Below are positions 1-51,119 of a DNA stretch of 64,000 nucleotides, one piece after another (position 1 is the first letter of the stretch; each line of letters starts with the position of its first letter). The DNA comes from the human T2T-CHM13v2.0 reference genome, Homo sapiens: assembly GCF_009914755.1 (NCBI RefSeq), contig NC_060934.1. One strand, written 5' to 3'. Position numbers and translations under genes: made by a program. The notes under the pieces are model-generated. The model was not told the origin of the DNA. It made no database searches and saw only the letters and a list, made by a program, of their open reading frames with translations.

Positions 1-101
1 CCCTGCTCTACAACTCCTTTGGGGGCAGTGACACCGCTGTTGATGCTGCCTTTGAGCCTGTCTACTGGCTGGTAGACAACGTGATCCGCTGGTTTGGAGT
101 G
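1..101 (+). CDS. ZDHHC16: ZDHHC16 coding exon (5' part lies outside the window)
   Basis: LLYNSFGGSDTAVDAAFEPVYWLVDNVIRWFGV from nt 3; donor GTGAGT at 102. Confidence 0.93.
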
Positions 102-3100
102 GTGAGTGATGTCCAGGGAGCAGGAAAAGGGGTGTTGTGGGGAGCAGAGGGACATGTCTCTCACAGACCCAACCCAGGTTTTGGAGGCCGGCCCCCACCC
201 CCAGGGAAACTCCGAGTCTCCTTTGGGCATAGCTCTTGCGCCATGTCTCCCTGACCTTGCTGGTGTTGGCAGGTGTTCGTGGTCCTGGTGATCGTGCTGA
301 CAGGCTCCATTGTAGCTATCGCCTACCTGTGTGTCCTGCCTCTCATCCTCCGAACCTACTCAGTGCCACGACTCTGCTGGCATTTCTTCTATAGCCACTG
401 GAATCTGATCCTGATTGTCTTCCACTACTACCAGGCCATCACCACTCCGCCTGGGTACCCACCCCAGGTGGGTCCTCACAGGAGCACTGGGGGAAGTTGC
501 TGGCTATGGGAGCTGGTCCCAGGAGTGGGGAGAGTATCTTGGTATAGTTTTGAGAGACAGAACTGGTGCTGCCACGTTATGCTCTCCCTTCACACAGGGC
601 AGGAATGATATCGCCACCGTCTCCATCTGTAAGAAGTGCATTTACCCCAAGCCAGCCCGAACACACCACTGCAGCATCTGCAACAGGTGGGTCTTGGCTT
701 TGCTCTCTGGGAATCCCAGCTGTGGTCCTTCTGTAGCCCTAGGGCAAAACCTAACCTTGAGTTTGCTAAGACATGGGTGAATCACCCATCGTGTCCCAGG
801 TGATGTGCCCTCTTCTCCTGACACCTCATCCTTAGGATGGTCCTGTGAGTTAGGCATTATTACCACTTGTGAAAACCGAGGTTTGGAGAGATGAGTTACC
901 TTGTCCAATATCTTATAGCCATTAAACTGCAGAGCTGGGTTTGAAGCAAGGCCTGGCTGTCTTCAAAGTCTGTGCCCTTTCCACCTCAGCAGGATGCTGG
1001 TCCTTGTAGGGAAGGATTGGCACTGACATCTCAAGAACTTTGGCCACCGTAACAGAGCCTGTGTCCCTTCCTCACAGGTGTGTGCTGAAGATGGATCACC
1101 ACTGCCGTATCCTTTTGCTTTCTCTTCTGCCTGAGGCCTTCTTTAGCTCCAGAGCACTGTACAGGGTTAATGGCCACCATTTTAGCATCACCGTGCAGAG
1201 AACACTGGAGTTGAGGAGTTGTGGGGCCTGACCATCTCCTGGGAGAGCAGGAAGCTCACACTCTAGGACGGATCTTCTTGGAGCAGGGAATCTTTTAACA
1301 CCTCTTTCTTTTCTAGACTCTCATGCTAACAGCTATTGGATGGAAAGAGATGTTTGGGCTTCTGTGGTTGTTTACTGTGTACGCCAGATAGAACCGTGGG
1401 TCTCCAGCTGCTGTTCCACACAGATGTTTGGCTAACTCCAGCTAGGCTGAAATATTGGCAGATTCATTTTACTGAAGGATTTCAGTTTCCGTGACTTCTT
1501 GGTGGGACCTGAATGCTCTGAAAAGCTTTGAGCATTTTCACCTCAACCTTGGGTGTGAACAGTCTTGTATTTTCTTGCCTTTGGAAAGTAGTTCTTAGTG
1601 ACTGGAAGCCTGAGGCTTGGGTGATATTGTCAGGAACCAGGGATGAACCTGAGGGGCCTGGACACCGCCTGAAATTGTGTTTGATTCTAGTCCTTAATCA
1701 TTTCCCAACCAGCCTGGCTAAACAATTGTGTGGGCCACTATAACCATCGGTACTTCTTCTCTTTCTGCTTTTTCATGACTCTGGGCTGTGTCTACTGCAG
1801 CTATGGAAGTTGGGACCTTTTCCGGGAGGCTTATGCTGCCATTGAGGTGAGCTCATCAGGAACAGGGCAGCTCAGTAGTGCAGAACTTCGGGATGTAGAA
1901 CCTGTCCCTAAGGAATGGGGCTGGTAGCACCCCATCCTAGAGGCCTGAGAGTATAACCAGCACTGTTTTCCGTCCCCTTAGAAAATGAAACAGCTCGACA
2001 AGAACAAACTACAGGCGGTTGCCAACCAGGTGGGCTGTCCCCACCCCACTGCCTCCTGCTGCTCAGGCCTGGGGGTATAGAGTTGCTAAGGCATCTGGGG
2101 CCGACCTGCCCATGTAGTTGTAGAGGCTGCCGAGAGGCCACTCTAGACCAGATCAGGAGTGTTCAGGCAGGCTGGCTGTGGTGGGTAGACTAAGTGGCCT
2201 ACAGGCAAGCTGGAAGTCCCTGGTATGTGACAGTTTTGGCTATCTATCCCGTCATCACCTCTCTTTGGGTCGAGCAAGCAATCTGCCTTGGTGATGGCCT
2301 GAGCAGCAAGGAGTCTATGTTAGTCTGTGTAATGGGGTTCCAGGGGACAGAGATCAGGCAGAGCCAGTCTGATCATCCCTTGCTCCTGGTCCATCTGCAT
2401 CTGGATCATCCCTGCCCCCCCAGTACCTTTTAGGACTCCCTAATCTGCTGAGCCCATCTTGATTGTATTTCTGCTGCCCTTTCACAGTCCCTAGTGGAGC
2501 TCACAGTCCCTAGTGGTTTTCCCCACTCCAGTCAGTCCATTCTGGGTATGGTCTGGTCTCCTCTCTTGGGGATGCAGCTGTGCAGTGAAGGAGTTCTGGC
2601 TGGGGATTGGAGTGGCTTCCCCTGGAGCCCCATTTGTGTTGTCACTCTACAGGCCCAGGGTCAGCTTCTCCTGTGCTTCACCATCCTGTCCAGACCCTGC
2701 TCTGCTGCCCAGTGTTTGTCCATGTGGTGATGCCGCTGGGCTTGGTCCACCCATCTTGGCTGCTACCCTAACTCCTCTGTGGCTTTACCCTGTTTTCTCT
2801 GCCTGGATTTGGATCATTTCCTGCCTATAGGTGCTGGGGGCAGTTGCTGGAGACCCACAGAGCAAATGAGCCAGCTTTGCTGTTTTCTTTTTCTAGACTT
2901 ATCACCAGACCCCACCACCCACCTTCTCCTTTCGAGAAAGGATGACTCACAAGAGTCTTGTCTACCTCTGGTTCCTGTGCAGGTATTTGTTTTTGATAGT
3001 TTTAAGGGAGGGGAAGCTTCAGAAAAAAAGTTTTTTAGGTGCCCACACGCAGGCAGAAACCCATTCCTAAGTGAACTGCCACTGCTCTAGTCTAACTTAG

Positions 3101-5074
3101 GTTGGCAGAGAGCCAGCACTTTCTTCAGCATTCAGGGCAGGGAGCACTGAGGATATTGGCATTGCTTATTACTAAGCACACAGATAAAAGTATGTGCTTG
3201 ATATGTAACCAAAGTAAGTTAAACTCCTTATTTAATCTTAGCACCTGTCTAAAGGCTGGGTGACTGTATTTATAGATGAGGAAAACTGAAAATTGGGGGC
3301 CAAGGGGCAGTGAAGTGAAGTGACTTGTTCTATGATACACAGCTAGTAGGAATATTAGCACTGGAATTTGAATTTCATGCCATCCCATTCCAACCCTGGG
3401 TGTTTACTACTTCCCACTATCTCCCAAGCATGGGTATTTTAGGAAATATAGAACATTTTCTCAGCAATACAGACTTATTTCTCTATTCTCCTTTCCACAT
3501 ACTCTCTTTTCCCTTAACAACAACAGAGATGGAGTCTTGCTATGTTGCCCAGGCTAGACTCAAATGATCTTCCTATCTCAGTCTCCTGAGTTGCTGGGAC
3601 TACTAGGCATGAGCTACCATGCCTGGCTTCACATCATTTATTCTTAGGCCACTTTGATGCTTTTTCATTGATGCTCTTTATAGACATAGTGAAGTAAAAG
3701 TTTATCTAGGATATATGGTGGGAGGTGAGGAAGACTTAGGTAGAGAGGTTCCAAACCAGTTGTTACTGCTTAGCTCAATTTCAGACATACTTCCTCCAGC
3801 CCTCTCTAAACTACCCACCAGTCTTCGCCCCTCTTTTCTTAGTTCTGTGGCACTTGCCCTGGGTGCCCTAACTGTATGGCATGCTGTTCTCATCAGTCGA
3901 GGTGAGACTAGCATCGAAAGGCACATCAACAAGAAGGAGAGACGTCGGCTACAGGCCAAGGGCAGAGTGAGTAGGGTTGAAGGCTCGGGGTGGGTAGGTG
4001 GGTAACTGAACTTGCTCTCCTGTAAACAGAGGCCATGGGCAGGGCTGACTAGGGCAAGCATTGTAAAAGGCCAGAACTACTCTATCTGAGCTTTAGCTTA
4101 GCCAATTTAGTCTGAAAAATTAGAAGTTCAAAGAAACATGTTTTTCTTGGCTCCAGGTATTTAGGAATCCTTACAACTACGGCTGCTTGGACAACTGGAA
4201 GGTATTCCTGGGTGTGGATACAGGAAGGTAATGTAAGACACACAGACTAATGCTGTCCAACAGAACACTGTGATGAGAAAGATGTTCTATGCCTGTGAGC
4301 ACTTGGAATATGGCTAGTGGCTACTGTGTTAGCACAGTTCTAGACTCTAGGAATAGAGATCATTGTCCATTTGAACCACAAAGGCTTGAGGCCAATACTG
4401 TGTGGTTTTAAGTAACAGATGAGGCTTCAACGTGACTACAGTGGAATCCTAGGAAAGCTGTGCTCAGGAAGGGGCCTCTGGGTGTAGGATACGGTGGCCA
4501 CCAGTCACCTCTCACTTGGAGAGCAGTGTCTAGAGTTCAAGCCAATAATTTGTGAGATTAAAATAATCTACTTGTCATAGAGGCCCTAAGACAGTAACTG
4601 GAGCTAGCTCTCTCAGCCCAAGACAAGGGGAAACAATTTTTCAAATGGCAGTTACTGAGGCGGTAACAATCAGATGAACAGACGTGCCTTCCCTCCTCCC
4701 TTTCCCATGTACATGACACTCCTATCACTGTGCTTACAGTGGACCTTTAGAAGTTTAGCTCGAAACCTTAAAAGGCCTTCAAAGGACCAAAAGGTACATT
4801 TGTTGGATAAAATTGGGTAGCAGAAATTAGAACTTTTGTTACTTTCATGATTGACACCGAGGTAGCTTCAGGATACCTTGATGTATGCTTGTTAAGGAAT
4901 GATGATTGGGAAGGACCAAGAATTCTTGAACTCAGAGACATTTCTCTCTTCTCTTCTAGGCACTGGCTTACTCGGGTGCTCTTACCTTCTAGTCACTTGC
5001 CCCATGGGAATGGAATGAGCTGGGAGCCCCCTCCCTGGGTGACTGCTCACTCAGCCTCTGTGATGGCAGTGTGA
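1..5074 (+). CDS. ZDHHC16: Palmitoyltransferase ZDHHC16, 5'-partial spliced CDS (10 exons in window; 329 aa + stop counted from nt 3)
   Basis: Exons 1-101, 273-467, 598-686, 1078-1106, 1713-1846, 1982-2029, 2897-2982, 3843-3966, 4157-4227, 4960-5074 all have GT/AG boundaries. They join in frame to ...[44 protein letters not shown]...GETSIE...NPYNYG...TAHSASVMAV*, a DHHC-CRD protein. Confidence 0.97.
273..467 (+). CDS. ZDHHC16: ZDHHC16 coding exon (transmembrane segments)
   Basis: ag|GTGTTC; VFVVLVIVLTG...TTPPGYPPQ|gtgggt. Confidence 0.95.
598..686 (+). CDS. ZDHHC16: ZDHHC16 coding exon (cysteine-rich domain)
   Basis: cacag|GGC; [29 protein letters not shown]|gtgggt. Confidence 0.95.
860..985 (+). 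mobile_element. MIR fragment
   Basis: gaaaaccgagg...ttaccttgtccaa...gcagagctgggtttgaa MIR core. Confidence 0.55.
1078..1106 (+). CDS. ZDHHC16: ZDHHC16 29-nt exon encoding the catalytic DHHC motif
   Basis: cacag|G TGT GTG CTG AAG ATG GAT CAC CAC TGC C|gtatcctttt. Confidence 0.95.
1107..1712 (+). other. U12-type (minor spliceosome) GT-AG intron
   Basis: 5' splice site GTATCCTTT (1107-1115) is the U11 consensus. Branch-like TCCTTAAT at 1691-1698 lies about 15 nt from the AG at 1711-1712. Confidence 0.9.
1713..1846 (+). CDS. ZDHHC16: ZDHHC16 coding exon
   Basis: [21 protein letters not shown]...REAYAAIE|gtgagc. Confidence 0.95.
1982..2029 (+). CDS. ZDHHC16: ZDHHC16 48-nt symmetric (cassette-compatible) exon
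   Basis: cttag|AAA; KMKQLDKNKLQAVANQ|gtgggc, phase 0-0. Confidence 0.9.
2897..2982 (+). CDS. ZDHHC16: ZDHHC16 coding exon
   Basis: ttctag|ACT; TYHQTPPPTFSFRERMTHKSLVYLWFLC|gtattt. Confidence 0.93.
3524..3627 (-). mobile_element. Alu monomer fragment
   Basis: Antisense Alu motifs. Confidence 0.7.
3843..3966 (+). CDS. ZDHHC16: ZDHHC16 coding exon
   Basis: SVALALGALTVWHAVLISRGETSIERHINKKERRRLQAKGR|gtgagt. Confidence 0.95.
4157..4227 (+). CDS. ZDHHC16: ZDHHC16 coding exon
   Basis: ccag|GTA; VFRNPYNYGCLDNWKVFLGVDTG|gtaatg. Confidence 0.95.
4250..4325. mobile_element. MER3-like fragment
   Basis: gctgtccaacagaac...gagcacttggaatatggctagtg. Confidence 0.5.
4960..5074 (+). CDS. ZDHHC16: ZDHHC16 last coding exon
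   Basis: tctag|G; HWLTRVLLPSSHLPHGNGMSWEPPPWVTAHSASVMAV then TGA. Confidence 0.95.
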
Positions 5075-5526
5075 GCTGGACTGTGTCAGCCACGACTCGA
5101 GCACTCATTCTGCTCCCTATGTTATTTCAAGGGCCTCCAAGGGCAGCTTTTCTCAGAATCCTTGATCAAAAAGAGCCAGTGGGCCTGCCTTAGGGTACCA
5201 TGCAGGACAATTCAAGGACCAGCCTTTTTACCACTGCAGAAGAAAGACACAATGTGGAGAAATCTTAGGACTGACATCCCTTTACTCAGGCAAACAGAAG
5301 TTCCAACCCCAGACTAGGGGTCAGGCAGCTAGCTACCTACCTTGCCCAGTGCTGACCCGGACCTCCTCCAGGATACAGCACTGGAGTTGGCCACCACCTC
5401 TTCTACTTGCTGTCTGAAAAAACACCTGACTAGTACAGCTGAGATCTTGGCTTCTCAACAGGGCAAAGATACCAGGCCTGCTGCTGAGGTCACTGCCACT
5501 TCTCACATGCTGCTTAAGGGAGCACA

Positions 5527-5532
5527 AATAAA
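5527..5532 (+). terminator. ZDHHC16 polyadenylation signal
   Basis: AATAAA about 450 nt after the stop codon. Confidence 0.85.
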
Positions 5533-5646
5533 GGTATTCGATTTTTAAAGATATGTAGCTTCTCACTCTCTGCCTCACGATAGGGCAGGGAAGGGGAAAG
5601 TCAGGGTCAAGACCTAGTGAGTAGGTGTTCTGGTCATGCTTCCTAC

Positions 5647-6410
<764 letters not shown>

Positions 6411-6521
6411 TGAAAAATTTTTGGCCAATCCCTGTCATTGTTATTCCAGTGATGCCTCTGGTTATATGAGGCATATGTGGGGTGGGGGAAATATCTGACA
6501 GCCCCATTACCAAAAGAAATC

Positions 6522-6527
6522 TTTATT
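6522..6527 (-). terminator. MMS19 polyadenylation signal
   Basis: TTTATT on + (AATAAA on -), about 350 nt past the MMS19 stop. Confidence 0.85.
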
Positions 6528-6874
6528 CTTCAGCAGGTAGACAACATCTGCCAGCCCTGGTCCTCAGGGCCACACTCATATGCACTCACCCCTCAGCAGC
6601 ATATCGCCCCTTTTCTGACATATAAATGCAAGAGACCCAGGACCCTAGATCTTTCTTCAAACGCAAGTGTCTCACACACACTTATTTTACAAATCCACTA
6701 GAAATATGGACTCTTATGTTCTTTGTACAGCCATGCAACAGAGGCCTAGCATTTGTGCTGTGTCTGTGGGAAAGGCAGTCAGAGACCAGTGGTTTCCCTG
6801 CTTTGGGGAAGATGGCTCAACAGTTAGTAATCCCAGGTTAGATTGTCAGAACAGTCTAGGCCAGGACTGAGGGC

Positions 6875-46577
<39,703 letters not shown>

Positions 46578-47396
46578 AACGCGAACTAGAGACCGTGGGA
46601 GGGGATATGGGCGGTGGCTCGAGACGGGCTCTCCGCGCATGCGCCTCCCGAGCCAATCGCCGGGGAAGCGCAAGGGGGCGGGGCGCCGGGGTCACGTGCC
46701 TGCCGGCTTCTGCCTAGGCAGTTCCAGGGAGGGGCGGGGCCTGAAATGGGGCGGTGGCACCGAGAGGGAAGGCGGCTGCTGGGCACGCAGCCGGAGGCGA
46801 TTGAGGGCGAATAATTCCCAGCCCGGCTCCCCGGGAGACGGGCTGCGGGGCGGGCACCTGGCTGGGTGGGGAGAGGGGCGGTACGCACCACGGGGGAAGC
46901 CAATGAGAAAATCAGGCCCAGCCCTAGGGGGCGGTGCTGTCGGTCACATGCGCACCTGGGGCGGGTGGTGGCGGCGGCGCGGGCACCGCGAGCCGGCGGA
47001 AGGGAGAGGGGCCGGCCTGGGGCGGGGTTAGGCAGGTGAGTGACAGGCTCCAGGGGGCCGGCCCCTGCCTGGTGCCCCGAGCGAGCCGGGAGTAGCTGCG
47101 GCGGTGCCCGCCCCCTCTCTCCGCCCCTCCAGCGGAGCTGGTCTCCGGCCGGGCACCGTCGCGGGCCCCCCTGGCCCGGCCACCTGGGACCGTGCTGGGG
47201 AGTCTGCCACTTCCCTCTCTCCCCTGGCCCGCAAAGTTTTGGCGGAGCCATCGCTGGGGCTGAGCGCGCCCCCGGGGGGAGATCGGGGAGCGCCCGATGC
47301 CGGGCGGCCGGAGCCATTGACCCGGGACGCCGCCGTCCGCTGAGCAGCCGACCACCCCGCCGCCTCCGGTGCATGGGGACTGGCTGAGGAGCCAGC

Positions 47397-47466
47397 ATGG
47401 GCAACTGCGTGGGGAGACAGCGCCGGGAGAGGCCGGCAGCCCCGGGACACCCCCGCAAGCGAGCAG
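47397..47466 (+). CDS. UBTD1: Ubiquitin domain-containing protein 1, coding exon 1 (rest of gene lies beyond the window)
   Basis: Strong Kozak agcATGG; MGNCVGRQRRERPAAPGHPRKRA G|gtaacg matches the recalled UBTD1 N-terminus. Confidence 0.92.
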
Positions 47467-48739
47467 GTAACGATGGGGAAGGGAGCAGGGCCTCGGGCAT
47501 CCCGCCAGTTGTCCCCCTCCTCGCCCGAGTCCTGGGCTTACCGATGGACTCCCCACTGGTGCTGGCGCTTGGGTTTCCCCGATGGGCTGCTCCGCAGCCA
47601 GAGGGGGCCGCTCCCCAGCGCCGGGCGGCCGGGGGAGCTGAGTTGGGGCAACTGCGAGCACTGAGCCGGCTGCGCGACCAACTCTCTCCAACTGGGTAGC
47701 TCCTGGTGGGGGTGGGGGCAGGAAATGTTTGCAGACCGCAGCGGGGCCGACGGATCGGGAGGAGGCCGGGGGCGAGGGCGCCGCTGGCCTGGCAGCTCCG
47801 GCCGGGGTCGGACGCCGGCCCGTCGGGGCACGGCGCGGGCAGCCAGGCGTCCCCAGAACTCGGAGCGAGCGAGGCGAGAACAGTCGCTCCTTCCAAAGAC
47901 TGTGTCATTATCGAGCTGCAGATCGTGTCTGCGGGAATCCGACTTGCAAAGCAGCGCAGGACTCTGGGAAAGAAATCTTTATTTTTCCCGCAGGGGTTTT
48001 TAGAGCCTCTCGGCCGTCTGGGAGTCTATAAAAGATGGGGTGCGGGGTGAGAGTCACCCTTGGGATTGTTGGGATCCTTCCCAGCTTTGGGAGTGAGATC
48101 GCTCGCTGGTGATCCTCCAGGCCCGCGCAACGCTTTCTCACTTTCATGGTACACCCCGCCTGCCCTGGCATTTCGCCCCGGGAAGAGGTCTGTCGGTCAT
48201 TTTTCTGGGTCTTACACTCACTTCCTTCTTTGAGGGTGTTGCAAGGACCCGCTGGGAATAATATCGTAGACTTGAGAGCTCAAACTTGTCTGGATTCCAG
48301 ATGGACCCATCTCCTACTCTGTGTCAAAGCCCAGATCCTGAGAGGTTGAACACCTTGTCCAAAGTCACACAGCTAGTTAGGAGCTCACCTGGGGCTAGAA
48401 CTCAGCCTCCTCTCCCACCCCATTGCCACATATCCCCTTATGTAAGAGGAGCCACAGGCAGAGTTGTTAATGAAGTGGAAACTCTAGTTGGAGTTTCCTG
48501 TCTCCCTTGACACCGAAGGTGTGTTGCTTGGGTTGCGGAAACTGGGAAGGAAGATGGGGGAACCAGGGGAAGCAGGGAAGGATGTCTGCATGGTGGACAG
48601 GATGACTTGTGGAGGCAGAAATGTGTTTTTATGGGAAGGATGCAGTAAAACTTATTGAAATTCTCTTGTCTGAAGGTAACTCTGGCCATTCTTCTGGCTG
48701 AGGAGAGATGACTCTCAAAACCAAGGGCTGGCTTGCTTT

Positions 48740-49170
48740 CATTCATTCATTTGTTCAACAAATATGTGTTCAGGCCCCATAATTGATTTTGCAGCATTTT
48801 TTGCTGTTGACAACTCTCTCCTACGAGACATTCCCCCCCTTCCTTTCTTGGCATCAGACTGTCTTGGTTTTCCTTTCTGAACACCCCTTTCCACCATCAC
48901 CTTCTAGCTTGGGGGCACGCTGGTGCTTAAGTTTGACATTCTGTTTTTTCTCTCATTACACTCTCTCCCAGAGAAATCTTGTTCAGTCCCACAACTCTTT
49001 GTCCATTGGGAATACCCCTATGCTTAAACTTCAGCTCTTCTCTCTTGAACCCCAGAACCCCATCTCTAGATGCCCACTGGACACTGTGATATAGATATTC
49101 CCAGATTTAACACCTCCAAAACCAGGCTCTGCATCGCTCCCTGTCCACCAGCTTTCCTTCTTTACTCTTA
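48740..49170. mobile_element. L2 fragments
   Basis: cattcattcatttgttcaacaaatat L2 tail and pyrimidine-rich L2 body. Confidence 0.55.
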
Positions 49171-49467
49171 TGTTCTTCCAGCTGCCTAACTTTAGGCTGT
49201 GAAGAGCTCTTTCTCTCATGACTTTCTCTGCTTCCTTGTCGCCTGCCTCTCAGCCAGTCATTGGGGTCTGCTGGGTCTTCCTTCCGCGGGACTTGCAAAC
49301 CTGCCCCTTGCCACCCTACTTTGTACCCTTCTCACCTCAAGTCAACCCTTGTCTCAGGCTGAAGTGAGGTACCCCCCAAAGGCAACTTCATCTTCAGTCA
49401 TCATTCAGTCCTACACACAGTTGTCCCCACAGAAGACATTTGTTAAATTAACTTCTTCCAGATTTTA

Positions 49468-49845
<378 letters not shown>

Positions 49846-51010
49846 CTACAAGTACTTTAACTTTCAAGGCTGTTCAAGTGTGGGCCAGTCCTTTCTTTTA
49901 AGTCCTGATTTCTTTCCCTTCTCTGACATTAAGACCACCAGTGTTTGCTCGTGCCATTTCCTTCTTATCGAGAGTCTTTCATCCTTTGGGTTCATTTCAA
50001 GTGCCGTGCCTTGTTTGAAGCACCTTGCCTGACAAGTCTGCCATTTCCCCCTCCCTCCGCACCCCACCACACACACCCCGTGGAAGTGATTGCTCCTTCT
50101 GAGAACTCCTGCAGACACATTATCTATGCCACTTACTTAACAATTATGTACTCTGTATTATTAATCATGTCTTTGATGTTTACAGTCTTTTATCAGCAAC
50201 TACATTGCAAGCCTTGAAGACCTGGGTTCTGTCTTATCCTTGTAGTATATGTCTCTCTCACGCACACACACACATTCAGCACTTAACACAATGAGTTGTA
50301 CAGAAGTAGCACTCAGTATTTGTTGATTTTAGAAAGCAAACTCAACTTCATCCTACCATCTGCATTTTTCATATATCTGCATTTTTTTTTTTACCTGCTA
50401 GTTTATCATTGCTTTAGTTCTGTGGGTCCTACTATGAATAGCTTTATTCATAAAGTCCAAAGCCGAGGGGAACTCTGTAGGATGACAAATTTGGTACAAG
50501 GGAAGGAATCCTTCTTAACTCCACAGTGCACCTGGCATTCCTGTAACATCTGTGGCTTTTCCTTTGACAAGGACATAGTTTTACGTTGTAAGACTAATGC
50601 CTAAAACTCCCCCAGCGCCACTGTAACTCTTACCTTCCTTTGGCACTAATGTAATGGGAAGAAAGCCTCAACAGGGAGCTAGGACCTGAGTTCTAGTCCT
50701 GGGCCTATAACTCAGTGACCCTGGGCAAGTCATCTAACCTTTCTGGGTCACACTTTCAATATTTCAGAAAGGGGGAGGGTTATACAAGATCATTAGAGCT
50801 GTTTTATCATCTTCACAAAGGCAGCTGTTTAAAGCGAGAAAGTTATTGAGGTGAAATCTTTATGGCTTGTAATGTCACCCTTTGTCCTTAGTTCTGCCTT
50901 CTTAGTCACTTGGTAGACAAAGCAGAGACACAATACTGTCTGGTCAGGGATTCTTGCATTAGGGAGAAGGGAGAGGTCCTCTCGTCTCATCAAGTTTTGT
51001 GATTGTCACT

Positions 51011-51119
51011 CATATATGTGTGTGTGTGCGTGTGTGTGTATACATATATACGTATATATACGTATATATGTATATATATACGTATATATATATGTGTGTA
51101 TATATGTATATATATATAT
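51011..51119. repeat. Compound alternating purine-pyrimidine microsatellite (TG/TA/CG) at the tail of an antisense Alu (51119-51412)
   Basis: Read directly. Confidence 0.9.

Noticed and set aside
46586-47908. 440-aa minus-strand ORF (and overlapping 255-aa and 140-aa ORFs) across the CpG island
   Set aside because: Pro/Arg/Gly/Ala-rich low-complexity translation expected from stop-poor GC-rich DNA; no recognisable domain; it lies antisense to UBTD1 exon 1.
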